From positions 342-64,341 of the IMG/VR virus record IMGVR_UViG_2811995334_000013: a DNA stretch of 64,000 nucleotides; one strand, written 5' to 3'. The notes below the pieces were generated by a model. It was not told the origin of the DNA, ran no database searches, and worked only from the letters and a program-made list of their open reading frames with translations. Shown here piece by piece: positions 54,091-63,745 of this stretch (position 1 is its first letter; each line of letters begins with the position of its first letter). A program made the translations under genes and the position numbers. The stretch is from a virus (Duplodnaviria; Caudoviricetes).

Positions 54091-56001
54091 ATGAAGCGTG
54101 ACCTGATGAACCGCGAATACAACAGCTTCGGATTCTGCTGCGGGCTCGGCGGCGGTGCGAAAGGTTTCACGAAGGCGGTCTCGCGCGTCGGCAATATGAC
54201 GGCGACGTGGCGCTGCATCGGCGGCATCGACAACGATCCGGCTGCCGCGCGCGACTTCGAAATGCTGGTCGGCACGCCGTGCACGGTGATGGACCTGTTC
54301 ACGCGGGAGCAGTACACGGCGTTTCACGGCGCGGAGCCCCCGGCAGGCTGGCATGAAGCTACCCCGGAAGACGTGCGACGCGCCGCCGGCTACCAGCATC
54401 CGCACTGCGTGTTCATCTCGTCGCCGTGCAAGGGAGCGTCCGGCCTGCTGTCGGAAACGCTCAGCCGCACGCCGAAGTACCAGGCGCTCAACGAGTTGAC
54501 GCTGCGCTGCGTGTGGCTGATGTGCGAAGCATGGAAGGATGATCCGGTCGAGCTGATCGTGTTCGAGAACGTGCCTCGGCTCGCGACGCGCGGCCGCCAC
54601 CTGCTGGACCAGATTGGCCAGATCCTGCAGCACTACGGCTATGCCAAGAACGAGACGACGCACGACTGCGGCGTGATCGCGGGCCTCGCGCAGAGCCGCA
54701 AGCGATTCCTGCTCGTCGCGCGGCACATGGAAAAGGTGCCGGCGTGTCTGTACGAACCGCCGGTCAAGCGCCTGCAGGGCGTCGGCACGCTGCTCGGCCG
54801 CATGCCGCTGCCGGGCGACGTCGAGGTGGCCGGCCCGATGCACCGCGTGCCGTCGCTGCAGTGGAAAACGTGGGTGCGCCTCGCGTTCGTCGAAGCAGGC
54901 AGCGACTGGCGCAGCCTGAACAAGCTCGCGGTCGAGAACGGCCGGTTGCGCGACTACCTGATCGTGCCGGACATGCACAACGGAGTGCTCGGCGTGAACC
55001 GCTGGGAGGAACCGTGCGGCGTGGTGGCCGGCGCGAGCCGCCCGGGCAACGGTAGCTTTTCGGTCGCCGACCCGCGCGGGCCGGCCGACGCCGCGCAATA
55101 CCAGCAGTACGGCGTACTCGACTGGAAGGACCACGCCGGCACGATCACCGGCCAGAAGTCGCCCGGGCAAGGCACTTTCAGCGTCGCGGACCCGCGCCAC
55201 CAGGGCCCGGCAAAGCACAACAACGAATTCCGGATCGTTCCGTGGCGCGACGCCGCCGGCGCCGTCACCAGTGCGCACGGCACCGGTCAATGCGTGCAGG
55301 ATCCGCGGCCGCCGGCCGGCCCGCTCTTCAGCAAGTACAAGGTGACCGAATGGGCCGGCCACGCCGGCACGGTCATCGGTGGCGACGATCAAGGCGCATA
55401 CGCGGTCGCGGATCCGCGCTCGAGCACCGGCTTCGAAGGCGCCGGGAAGTACCGTGTGACAGGCTTCGACGAGCCGGCCGGCACGGTCATCGCGCGCAGC
55501 GACAGCGGACAAGGCGCGTTCGCCGTAGCCGATCCGCGCCCGGGCATGCGCCGCGAACGCGGCGACGCGTACATCACCGGCGGCCACTACGGCGTCGTCG
55601 GCTGGGGCCAGCACAGCGGCGCGGTATCGGCCGCCGCCGGCCACGACAATGGCCGCTGGTCCGTCGCGGATCCGCGCATGCCCGCGGCGAACGAGAAGAC
55701 TGTCGCCGTGATCCGCGCGCTCGACGGCACGTGGCACCGGCCGTTCACCACGCTCGAGCTGGCCGTCCTGCAATCGCTCGTCGAGCCGGAGGAGTATCTC
55801 GAGCTCGACGGATTGTCCGACCAAGCGTGGCGCGAGCGAATCGGCAACGCAGTGCCGCCTGACGCCGCGCAGGCGATCGCCGAGGTGATGGGCACCACGC
55901 TGCTACTCGCCGAATCTGGCGAGACGTTCCAGCTTTCGTCGACACCAGTCTGGGTGCGCCCGATCGCGATCGCACTCACCGTCGCGGCGCAGACCTTCTA
56001 A
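54091..56001 (+). CDS. DNA (cytosine-5) methyltransferase with six tandem repeats in the variable region
   Basis: Motif I FCCGLGGG, IV SSPCKG, VI FENVP, VIII QSRKRF, IX RPFTTLE..LQS, X IGNAVPP. Confidence 0.9.
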   Translation: MKRDLMNREYNSFGFCCGLGGGAKGFTKAVSRVGNMTATWRCIGGIDNDPAAARDFEMLVGTPCTVMDLFTREQYTAFHGAEPPAGWHEATPEDVRRAAGYQHPHCVFISSPCKGASGLLSETLSRTPKYQALNELTLRCVWLMCEAWKDDPVELIVFENVPRLATRGRHLLDQIGQILQHYGYAKNETTHDCGVIAGLAQSRKRFLLVARHMEKVPACLYEPPVKRLQGVGTLLGRMPLPGDVEVAGPMHRVPSLQWKTWVRLAFVEAGSDWRSLNKLAVENGRLRDYLIVPDMHNGVLGVNRWEEPCGVVAGASRPGNGSFSVADPRGPADAAQYQQYGVLDWKDHAGTITGQKSPGQGTFSVADPRHQGPAKHNNEFRIVPWRDAAGAVTSAHGTGQCVQDPRPPAGPLFSKYKVTEWAGHAGTVIGGDDQGAYAVADPRSSTGFEGAGKYRVTGFDEPAGTVIARSDSGQGAFAVADPRPGMRRERGDAYITGGHYGVVGWGQHSGAVSAAAGHDNGRWSVADPRMPAANEKTVAVIRALDGTWHRPFTTLELAVLQSLVEPEEYLELDGLSDQAWRERIGNAVPPDAAQAIAEVMGTTLLLAESGETFQLSSTPVWVRPIAIALTVAAQTF

Positions 56002-56015
56002 GACGGAGGCACCTG

Positions 56016-56276
56016 ATGCCTTGCACCCCGTTTCGCCTTCCCGGCGGCATGTCCGGAATCATCTGCACGCGAGGTCGTAAGCGCGAGCGTCGCTGCTCGG
56101 TCGACGGCTGCGACGCGCTGAGCGACTTCCAGTGCGATTTCCAAACGAAGCCGGGCAAGACATGCGACCGGCACCTGTGCGCGGTGCATGCGCATCTGGT
56201 CGGCGCCGATACCCACTTCTGCCCTACGCACCTTGCGGAGTCGAGCGGTAAAAAGCAGAGCGACCTATTCGCATGA
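56016..56276 (+). CDS. Cys-rich Zn-finger hypothetical protein
   Basis: CSVDGC..QCD..TCDRHLC..HFCPTH. Confidence 0.65.
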   Translation: MPCTPFRLPGGMSGIICTRGRKRERRCSVDGCDALSDFQCDFQTKPGKTCDRHLCAVHAHLVGADTHFCPTHLAESSGKKQSDLFA

Positions 56277-57481
56277 CCACCGAGGCTCACACCATGACCA
56301 CCAACACCTACGGCGGCTATACCGTCGACCAGCTGCGCGAGTTCATCCGCCACCACTACGACGCGGAGCATGGCGGCGACAACATCGACGAACTCACGAA
56401 CGACAGTTCAGCGAGCGTCAAGATCGTGCGCGACCTGCTCGACGCCATCGAGCCGCAGCAGGACGGCGATCCGCTTCGCCCGATCGCCCGCTGGGTCTAC
56501 AACGCGGTGCGCGTGAACCTCGACCTGCTGCACGGGATCTGCAGCGAGTTCGGTTGCCCGCAGGGCGAAGACGTCGCGACGTGGCTGCGCGCGCGGCTAG
56601 CTGGCGTGCCGGCGCCGTGCATGTGCAGCGGCCTCGGCCCATGCGAGCAGCGCACGGACGGCTCCTGCCGCCGGGACCGCGCCGCCGTCAGCGCGCAGGC
56701 ACCATTCCAGCAGCGCGTGCAGCCGTGGATGCTGGCGTGCTTCGGCGCCAAGATCTCGGCGGACAAGCTTGAGCGCAATCACCGGTTCTTCGAGGAGGCC
56801 GGCGAGCTCGTGCAGGCGTGCGGCATGACGCGGGAGGAAGCGCACGCGCTGGTCGATTACACCTGGTCGCGGCCGGTCGGCGAAACGACGCAGGAGGTCG
56901 GCGGTGTCATGGTCACGCTCGCCGCGCTGTGCCTGGCGAACGAACTCGACATGCACGCGGCCGGCGAGACTGAACTCTCCCGTGTCTGGACGATGGTCGA
57001 ACAGATTCGCGCGAAGCAGGCGGCGAAGCCAAAGCACTCGCCCCTTCCCGGTGCCGCACGCGCACCCGTCGTCAGCACCCAGTTCAGCTTTGCCTTTTCC
57101 GCCGATGCCGACCGCTGGAGCGGTCCATTTGATTCGGTAGTCGATGCGATCTCGGATGCCCTGCGCGATATAGATCCAGACCACGTGGTCTACGTCGGCG
57201 AGAACGAGCCGGTGTCGATCGACAGTGAAAGTCTCGCCGACGAAGTGATTGAGCGAATCGAGGAACAAGCCTACGAGCAGGTCGGCGATGTGGCCGATAC
57301 CGTCGGCCCCTTCGACAGCGCTCAGAAGCAGCCGCTTGTCGATTCGATCCGGCAATGGGTAGACCAGCATGCGGACATCACATGCTGGAGCGTGCAGAAG
57401 ATCAAGGGCTACGGCCCAGGCGCGCCGGAGTATGACGAGGCACGCGCTCGTCTCGCAACCGAAGGGAGCAACCATGTCTGA
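56273..57481 (+). CDS. Multidomain protein with central MazG-like domain
   Basis: RFFEEAGELVQA..QEVGGVMVTL; paralogous to 547..1164. Confidence 0.55.
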   Translation: MTTEAHTMTTNTYGGYTVDQLREFIRHHYDAEHGGDNIDELTNDSSASVKIVRDLLDAIEPQQDGDPLRPIARWVYNAVRVNLDLLHGICSEFGCPQGEDVATWLRARLAGVPAPCMCSGLGPCEQRTDGSCRRDRAAVSAQAPFQQRVQPWMLACFGAKISADKLERNHRFFEEAGELVQACGMTREEAHALVDYTWSRPVGETTQEVGGVMVTLAALCLANELDMHAAGETELSRVWTMVEQIRAKQAAKPKHSPLPGAARAPVVSTQFSFAFSADADRWSGPFDSVVDAISDALRDIDPDHVVYVGENEPVSIDSESLADEVIERIEEQAYEQVGDVADTVGPFDSAQKQPLVDSIRQWVDQHADITCWSVQKIKGYGPGAPEYDEARARLATEGSNHV

Positions 57482-57920
57482 CACGAGCCGCGTCGTCACG
57501 CTGACGGACGAGCAGATTCTCAAAATCGGCTACAAGCATTTCAAGCCGGGGCACAACGTCAAGGCCGAGGCGAACTTCGTCGCTGCCGTGCGCGATGTTC
57601 TCGCCGCCCATCCGAGCCAGCAAGAGCCGCGCGCCGAGGTGACGGACTGGCAACCGATCGCAACCGCGCCGGCCGACCAACTCGTCACGGTCTTCTGGCT
57701 CGACAGCGAAGACGAGAAGAACCCGGAGCGCTACGACTTCGACTACATCGAGGAAGGCGGATGGGTGAAGTGGAATGATCACTACGACTGGGCGCACTCG
57801 GTCGCGCCAGCCGGTAGCCGGATGCCTCGCGAACAAGCGCCGTACACGCACTGGAAGCCGCTCGGCTCGCCCACGCGGGCAATCAACGCTCCCCATGCAG
57901 GAGACAGCCATGCCGCATAA
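57474..57920 (+). CDS. Hypothetical phage protein (WQPIATAP domain)
   Basis: DWQPIATAP..THWKPL module, common in phage early regions. Confidence 0.6.
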   Translation: MSDTSRVVTLTDEQILKIGYKHFKPGHNVKAEANFVAAVRDVLAAHPSQQEPRAEVTDWQPIATAPADQLVTVFWLDSEDEKNPERYDFDYIEEGGWVKWNDHYDWAHSVAPAGSRMPREQAPYTHWKPLGSPTRAINAPHAGDSHAA

Positions 57921-58386
57921 CACGCTGCCCGACGATCTCAACCCGGCGCTGATCGAGGTATGCGCGCGGTTCATCGGCAAGCTGACGGGGCTCGTGCCGC
58001 CGCCGGTCGCCGATTTCCCGCCTGAAATGCATGCGGCATTCCGCGAATTCGCAGCCGCAGCCTACGCGGTCGTGCGCGAGAACGTCGCGACTTCGAGCTC
58101 GCGCGCCGTGGTGTCGGCCGACGATCAACTGGATGCAACGCGTTGGCGCACGCTGATGAAGAGTGGCGATCCTTGCGTCTATGTCGAGCGCACGGAGCGC
58201 CGCGTGATTCAGCGCACGCAAGCCGTCGCGTTCTCGAGCCCGAATCTCACGGGCGCTGATCGTGTCGACACGCCGTCCGAGATGTGGGTCAGACGATATG
58301 TGATGTTCGCATGGTGGGCGCGCGAGAACGAACATCGCAAGTTCATCGAGGCCGTCGACGCAATCCGCGCAGGTGAAATCCAATGA
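57910..58386 (+). CDS. Hypothetical protein
   Basis: GGAG RBS, overlaps neighbours. Confidence 0.55.
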   Translation: MPHNTLPDDLNPALIEVCARFIGKLTGLVPPPVADFPPEMHAAFREFAAAAYAVVRENVATSSSRAVVSADDQLDATRWRTLMKSGDPCVYVERTERRVIQRTQAVAFSSPNLTGADRVDTPSEMWVRRYVMFAWWARENEHRKFIEAVDAIRAGEIQ

Positions 58387-58571
58387 AGCTGACCGATATC
58401 GAAGTGTTCGCGATCCGCGCCGCCGAATTGCCCGCACACCTGCGCGAGAACCTGTATCCGGAGCTGACGCCGCGCTGCCCACACTGCGATAACACGGGCG
58501 ATGCGCACGACGTGACTGGCGAATGGCGCGGCGTGTGCACGGCATGCCTCGTTGCAGGAGACGTATCGTGA
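58383..58571 (+). CDS. Small Zn-finger protein
   Basis: CPHCDNTG..GVCTAC. Confidence 0.6.
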   Translation: MKLTDIEVFAIRAAELPAHLRENLYPELTPRCPHCDNTGDAHDVTGEWRGVCTACLVAGDVS

Positions 58572-59056
58572 CCGCGATCATCAGCTCATGCTGCGGCTAC
58601 CGCTATCGCCTTGAGCGCGACGTCGCGTCGACCGGGATCGTCGTCGCATTCTTCGGCGTCAACCCGTCGCACGCTGATGCCAGCGTGCGCGACCAGACCG
58701 ATCTGAAGTGGACCGGCTTTGCGGCCCGCTGGGGCGCGCGGAAGTACATCGCCGGGAATCCGTTCGCCTTCCGCTCGCCGAACGTTCGCGACCTGGTCGC
58801 GGTTGTCGACCCGATCGGCCCCGAGAACGATATGCACCTCGCGCAAATCATTGCGGACGCTGATCTGCTGGTGCCGTGCTGGGGCGACCGGTACAAGCTG
58901 CCGCGCGCGCTGCGCCCGCGGCTCGACGTCGTTGCCGACATGCTGCGCGCTGCCGGCAAGCCGCTGAAAGTGTTCGGGCTGACGGCTAAGGGCGCCCCGA
59001 AGCACCCCCTGATGCTGGCGTACGACACCCCCCTTATCGACTGGAGCGCACGATGA
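58568..59056 (+). CDS. DUF1643 family protein
   Basis: YRYRLER..GVNPSHAD..D.T..NPFAFRS..WG..PKHPL. Confidence 0.85.
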   Translation: MTAIISSCCGYRYRLERDVASTGIVVAFFGVNPSHADASVRDQTDLKWTGFAARWGARKYIAGNPFAFRSPNVRDLVAVVDPIGPENDMHLAQIIADADLLVPCWGDRYKLPRALRPRLDVVADMLRAAGKPLKVFGLTAKGAPKHPLMLAYDTPLIDWSAR

Positions 59057-60117
59057 GCGAGAACACGACAATCGAGTGGTGCGACCATACCTTCAACCCC
59101 TGGGAAGGCTGCCAGAAGGTCGGCCCGGGCTGTGACCACTGCTACGCGGAGACGCGCAACGCGCGCTTCGCCGGCGGCACGGCCGTCAACTGGGGGCCCG
59201 GCGCGCCGCGCCGCCGCACGTCGCCGGCCAACTGGCGAAAGCCGTTGCAGTGGAATCGCGACGGCACGTTCTACGCGATCCACGGCCGGCGTCAGCGGGT
59301 GTTCTGCGCGTCGCTCGCCGACGTGTTCGACAATGCTGTCGATCCGGCGTGGCGCCGCGACCTGTTCGCGCTGATCGCGAGCACGCCGAATCTCGACTGG
59401 TTGCTGCTGACGAAGCGAATCGGCAACGTGCCGGCGATGCTGCAGCATATCGGCGTCGACCGGCTGCCGGATAACGTCTGGCTCGGCGCGACGATCGTCA
59501 ACCAGGCCGAGGCCAACCGCGACATCCCGAAGCTGCTCGCCGTGCCCGCGCGCGTGCGCTTCTTGTCGATGGAACCGCTACTCGGACCCGTCGACCTCTG
59601 GAACGTTGCGGTGCCCAAGGAACACGATCAGCTGCGGCGCCCGTGGGACTACGAGGGATACAAATTCAATGCCCTGCTCGAGCACGACGAGGACCGCTTC
59701 CATCAAGCTCCTGCCGTGCTGGACTGGGTGATCGCAGGCGGCGAAAGCGGCCCCGGCGCGCGGCCGATGCATCCGGACTGGGCCAGATCTCTGCGCGATC
59801 AGTGCGCGGCCGCCAGCGTCCCGTTCCTGTTCAAGCAATGGGGCGAGTGGCACACGGATGCATTTCTGCTCAGCACCGGCGTGCCGGTCTTTCGCCAGTT
59901 TGGCTCGTTCCAGCAGTGGGTCAACAAGGCGTCGACGTGGGTGAACGGCGGGATCTGCCTGGATCGACACGGCAACGAGTTGCGCAACGGCGGCGACTTC
60001 ATGCGAGCTCGCGATACCAACGCATTCCCTGTAACGATCATGCATCGCGTCGGCAAGCGCGCCGCCGGCCGCCTGCTCGACGGCCGCACGCACGACGAAT
60101 TCCCGGAGGCACGATGA
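59053..60117 (+). CDS. DUF5131 (phage Gp37/Gp68) radical-SAM-like protein
   Basis: TIEWCDHTFNPWEGC..GCDHCYAE, VFCASLADVF, LLLTKR, FLSMEPLLG, WVIAGGESG, FLFKQWG. Confidence 0.9.
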   Translation: MSENTTIEWCDHTFNPWEGCQKVGPGCDHCYAETRNARFAGGTAVNWGPGAPRRRTSPANWRKPLQWNRDGTFYAIHGRRQRVFCASLADVFDNAVDPAWRRDLFALIASTPNLDWLLLTKRIGNVPAMLQHIGVDRLPDNVWLGATIVNQAEANRDIPKLLAVPARVRFLSMEPLLGPVDLWNVAVPKEHDQLRRPWDYEGYKFNALLEHDEDRFHQAPAVLDWVIAGGESGPGARPMHPDWARSLRDQCAAASVPFLFKQWGEWHTDAFLLSTGVPVFRQFGSFQQWVNKASTWVNGGICLDRHGNELRNGGDFMRARDTNAFPVTIMHRVGKRAAGRLLDGRTHDEFPEAR

Positions 60118-60311
60118 AATCCGAATTCAAGATTCAACGACCTGACGACGTGCCGATGACGCTCACCATGACGATGACGCTCGGCGAATGGAAGAAGCTG
60201 AAGGATCAGCTCGCGACCACGTATCCGTCGTGGAAGTTGTCGACCAACATCGAGGGAATGGTTCGCCTCGCGACTACAACGTTCGCAGAGACGAAGGAAC
60301 TAGACCTGTGA
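60114..60311 (+). CDS. Small hypothetical protein
   Basis: GGAGG RBS, ATGA overlap. Confidence 0.55.
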   Translation: MKSEFKIQRPDDVPMTLTMTMTLGEWKKLKDQLATTYPSWKLSTNIEGMVRLATTTFAETKELDL

Positions 60312-61027
60312 TCGAACGCCCTATTTTGTTCAGCGGCCCGATGGTGCGCGCCATCCTCGACGGCCGGAAGACACAGACGCGCCGCGTCGTGAAGCTGCCG
60401 CATGCCAACCCGCTCGGCGAATGGCAGCCGACCGCGATCGGCGGGGAGAACGGTGGCCGAACCGCATCAGGTGAAACCGTGCCACTGCAGGGCGCCATCT
60501 GGCACACCCGCACCGGCGACTGCTTGATGAGCCCACACGGCCAGCCGGGCGACCGGCTGTGGGTGCGCGAGACGACATATGACGTTGAGCGGAACGGCTT
60601 TGTCGGGCCGGTCTTCGTCGAATCGGACGAAGGCGCTCACGCCGCGGCATGGGGTTGGGGTGAATCGGATGACCCCGACTACATCGAACCGTACGAGCTG
60701 CGCAAGCGCCCTGCCATCCACATGCCGCGCTCGATGGCGCGCATCACGCTCGAAATCGTCGGCGTGCGCGTCGAGCGACTGCGGAACATCAGCGCCGCCG
60801 ACGCGCGAGCCGAGGGGATCGAGTTTCGCGATGACCACATCGCCGGGCGGCTTTGCCGCCGATGGCGCTCCTACGGCTCTGTCGACGGCTGGTTTCCCGA
60901 GGGCCGCGACATCGCACCGATTCATTCATTTCAGACGCTTTGGGACAGCCTCAACGCCACGCGCGGCCACGGCTGGGAAGCAAACCCGTGGGTGTGGGTT
61001 GTCGAATTTCGGAGGACCGAATCATGA
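60308..61027 (+). CDS. ASCH/PUA-like domain phage protein
   Basis: ERPILFSGPMVRAILDGRKTQTRR..IHMPR..RVERL..NPWVWVVEF. Confidence 0.75.
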   Translation: MIERPILFSGPMVRAILDGRKTQTRRVVKLPHANPLGEWQPTAIGGENGGRTASGETVPLQGAIWHTRTGDCLMSPHGQPGDRLWVRETTYDVERNGFVGPVFVESDEGAHAAAWGWGESDDPDYIEPYELRKRPAIHMPRSMARITLEIVGVRVERLRNISAADARAEGIEFRDDHIAGRLCRRWRSYGSVDGWFPEGRDIAPIHSFQTLWDSLNATRGHGWEANPWVWVVEFRRTES

Positions 61028-61251
61028 GCGATTATCTGACCGCGCACGAACTTGCCGACCTGGTCGGCTGCAAGCCGAATCAGCGAGCCGCGATGGCGCG
61101 CTGGCTCGAGCACAACCATTGGCGCTTCGTCGTCGACAAATCCGGCTTGCCGAAGGTAGCCCGTGCATACCGCGACCAGAAGCTCGGCCTCACCATGGAA
61201 AAGAGGACCACAAGATACGATGCCGGCCCGAACCTCCAAGCATTCGCGTGA
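61024..61251 (+). CDS. Excisionase-like protein (DUF4224)
   Basis: YLTAHELADLVG..ARWL..GLPKV; overlaps integrase start. Confidence 0.8.
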   Translation: MSDYLTAHELADLVGCKPNQRAAMARWLEHNHWRFVVDKSGLPKVARAYRDQKLGLTMEKRTTRYDAGPNLQAFA

Positions 61252-62422
61252 AAATGAATCGACTGGAATCGACCGCCTCTACCGTCGCACCGGCGCGCGC
61301 AAGATCTCGTTCTGGTACAAGTACCCCGACGGCCGCTCGGAAACTCTCGCGACCGCGCCGCGCGGTGATCGCGCCGCAATCGCTGCCGCCGAGCGCACTG
61401 CGAAGCGCCGCGCGATCGACATTCAGGAAGGCACAGTCATCGCCGACTCGGTCGGCCAGGCGATCGAGCGATTTCGCGACGAAGTCGACCCCGAGCATTT
61501 TCGCGACCAGTCACGCGACGGCAAGGCCGTGCGCGATTCAGCCTACGATCGCCTGATGCGGTTCTTCGGCCGCATGGCGCCGCAACGACTTGAAACCATC
61601 CACGGCTACCAGTTCCTCGACGCACGCGCGAAGGCCGGCGCGCCGATCGGCGCCAACAAGGACATGGCGCTGATGTCGACGATGTGCAATTACTGGATTC
61701 GCTGGGGGCTCATCAAGGCGAACCCGTTCGTCGGAATGATGCAGAACAAGGCCGAGAAAGACGTGCGCGCGATCGAGCGGCACCAGATCCTGCGCTTCTA
61801 CCTCTGGGCGCTGCGTCAGGACCAGGCGTACCGAACGATGGGCGTCGCCGCGATGTTCTGCTACCTCACCGGGTTCCGCGCCGCCGAGGTGCGCCCGTAC
61901 CACATGTCCGGCCTGACGGACGCCGGCGTGCGCGTCGTCGGCGCAAAGCGAAAGAAAGGCGAGGCGCAAACCGTGAAGCTCCGGCACTGGTCGCCGCGGC
62001 TGCACGCCGTCGTCGAGCGCGCGAAACGCGGCCGCAAAGTCGACAGCCTGTTCCTCTTCCCGAACCGGAAAGGGCAAATGTACTCGAAGAGCGGATGGGC
62101 CTCGGTGTGGCAGGACGCGATGTACGCCTACATCGGCGCGTACGATGCAGAGATCGCGAAGGAGTTCGAGGTGAAGAAGATGCGCGAGGCGGCGCAGCGC
62201 ATCGCGAACCGAATCAATCGGCCGGTCAAAGGCGGGATGGAGCTGATGCTGACGAAGCACGCCGACTACTTCTCGCTGCAGGACATTCGTCCCGCCGCGA
62301 TCACGACGAAACTCGAGAATCGATCGGCAGATGCATACGATTTCGCGGCGCACTCGAACCCGAGTACAACGCACCGGCACTACGATCGACGGAAGGTTAA
62401 AGCGGCGGACGCGACGGAGTGA
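61220..62422 (+). CDS. int: Tyrosine integrase (intact)
   Basis: TGFRAAEV (Arg), QDIRP (HxxR variant), AHSNPSTTHRHY (His, Tyr); ends beside att; ORF open from 61163. Confidence 0.92.
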   Translation: MPARTSKHSRENESTGIDRLYRRTGARKISFWYKYPDGRSETLATAPRGDRAAIAAAERTAKRRAIDIQEGTVIADSVGQAIERFRDEVDPEHFRDQSRDGKAVRDSAYDRLMRFFGRMAPQRLETIHGYQFLDARAKAGAPIGANKDMALMSTMCNYWIRWGLIKANPFVGMMQNKAEKDVRAIERHQILRFYLWALRQDQAYRTMGVAAMFCYLTGFRAAEVRPYHMSGLTDAGVRVVGAKRKKGEAQTVKLRHWSPRLHAVVERAKRGRKVDSLFLFPNRKGQMYSKSGWASVWQDAMYAYIGAYDAEIAKEFEVKKMREAAQRIANRINRPVKGGMELMLTKHADYFSLQDIRPAAITTKLENRSADAYDFAAHSNPSTTHRHYDRRKVKAADATE

Positions 62423-62468
62423 AATTCCGAAATTCGGTTTTCCGTTCCGAAATTCACATCGTGGAAAG

Positions 62469-62496
62469 CAAAACAGGCACCTAAGTGCCTGTTTTG
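62469..62496. terminator. Terminator between integrase and tRNA 3' end
   Basis: CAAAACAGGCAC-CTAA-GTGCCTGTTTTG. Confidence 0.85.
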
Positions 62497-62505
62497 TTTG
62501 AGAAT

Positions 62506-62555
62506 TTTGGGGTGGCTGATGGGACTCGAACCCACGACGACAGGAATCACAATCC
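62506..62555. repeat. att core, right boundary
   Basis: Identical to 4212-4261. Confidence 0.95.
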
Positions 62556-62584
62556 TGGACTCTACCAACTGAGCTACAGCCACC
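62508..62584 (-). tRNA. tRNA-His (GTG)
   Basis: GGTGGCTGTAGCTCAGTTGGTAGAGTCCAGGATTGTGATTCCTGTCGTCGTGGGTTCGAGTCCCATCAGCCACCCCA, 77 nt with G-1 and CCA. Confidence 0.97.
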
Positions 62585-62654
62585 ACTGGTACTGCTTTCT
62601 TCGCTGCGTCGCTTTCTGTTCAACAGCGAAGAAGCAAGATTATATAAAGCGTTT

Positions 62655-63674
62655 TTAATCTTGCCAAGCCCTTTTTTCAAAATTTTCATCGGCAGCGAAA
62701 AGATGCGTGCGCGCCTCGTCGAACACGGCCAGATCGCCGCGCGCGAGCTTCTTGTTGTCGGACAGCACGCGACGCCAGCCGCGCGCGCCCGCCTCGCCGC
62801 GATACAGCCCGAGCGCATGACGCACGACCGCACCGAGGTACGTGCCGCGCTTCAGCTCCGCCGCGCAATACGCGATCAGTTGCGCCTCCGCTTCCTCGCG
62901 CGTCGGCGCCGCTTCGCTCGCACCGTAGAACCGCCGATCGACGTCCGCCAGCACGTAGGGATTGTGATACGCCTCGCGGCCGAGCATCACGCCGTCGACA
63001 TGCTCGAGATGCTGCGCGACCTCGTCGAGCGTCTTGATGCCGCCGTTGATCACGATCTCCAGCGCCGGAAAATCGCGCTTCAGCCGATACGCATAGTCGT
63101 ACTTGAGCGGCGGGATCTCGCGGTTCTCCTTCGGCGACAACCCTTTCAGGATCGCATTGCGCGCGTGCACGACGAACACCTCGCAGCCCGCTTCGGCAAC
63201 CGTGCCGACGAAGTCCCGCACGAACTCGTATTCCTCGACCGCATCCACGCCGATCCGATGCTTGACCGTCACCGGCACCGACACGGCGTCGCGCATCGCC
63301 TTCACGCAATCCGCGACGAGCTGCGGCTCGTTCATCAGGCACGCGCCGAACGCGCCACGCTGCACCCGTTCCGACGGACAGCCGCAGTTCAGGTTGATTT
63401 CGTCGTAGCCCCACTGTTCGCCAAGCTTCGCCGCGCGCGCCAGATCGTCCCGCTCGCTGCCGCCGAGCTGCAGCGCGACCGGCGATTCGTTCGGCGTGAA
63501 CGCGAGATGCCGCTGCGCGTCGCCGAACAGCAGCGCGCCGGTCGTGATCATTTCCGTGTAGAGCCATGTATGGCGCGTGAGCGTGCGGTGGAACGACCGG
63601 CAATGACGGTCGGTCCAGTCGAGCATCGGCGCCACGGACACGCGGCGGGGAGGAAGCGTAGGCGAAACGGACAT
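62655..63674 (-). CDS. dusA: tRNA-dihydrouridine(20/20a) synthase
   Basis: SVAPMLDWTDRHCR, ALQLGGS, EINLNCGCPSERVQ, KHRIG, HAR.A.L.GLSPKENR, GVMLGR.AY. Confidence 0.95.
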   Translation of the reverse strand: MSVSPTLPPRRVSVAPMLDWTDRHCRSFHRTLTRHTWLYTEMITTGALLFGDAQRHLAFTPNESPVALQLGGSERDDLARAAKLGEQWGYDEINLNCGCPSERVQRGAFGACLMNEPQLVADCVKAMRDAVSVPVTVKHRIGVDAVEEYEFVRDFVGTVAEAGCEVFVVHARNAILKGLSPKENREIPPLKYDYAYRLKRDFPALEIVINGGIKTLDEVAQHLEHVDGVMLGREAYHNPYVLADVDRRFYGASEAAPTREEAEAQLIAYCAAELKRGTYLGAVVRHALGLYRGEAGARGWRRVLSDNKKLARGDLAVFDEARTHLFAADENFEKRAWQD

Positions 63675-63745
63675 GGAATTCGGGCAACGAACGGCGCGGA
63701 AACAACCGGTCATTCTACCGCAACGTGCGCCCGGCCCGCCCGGCG

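Larger units (their letters stand above)
4212..62555. mobile_element. Temperate contractile-tailed prophage (~58.3 kb) integrated in tRNA-His
   Basis: 50-bp att repeats, intact integrase, and complete head, tail, lysis, immunity and replication modules. Confidence 0.95.

Noticed and set aside
62655-63674. dusA as integration target (dusA-associated integrase islands)
   Set aside because: dusA is intact and outside the att repeats; the duplicated sequence is the tRNA-His 3' end
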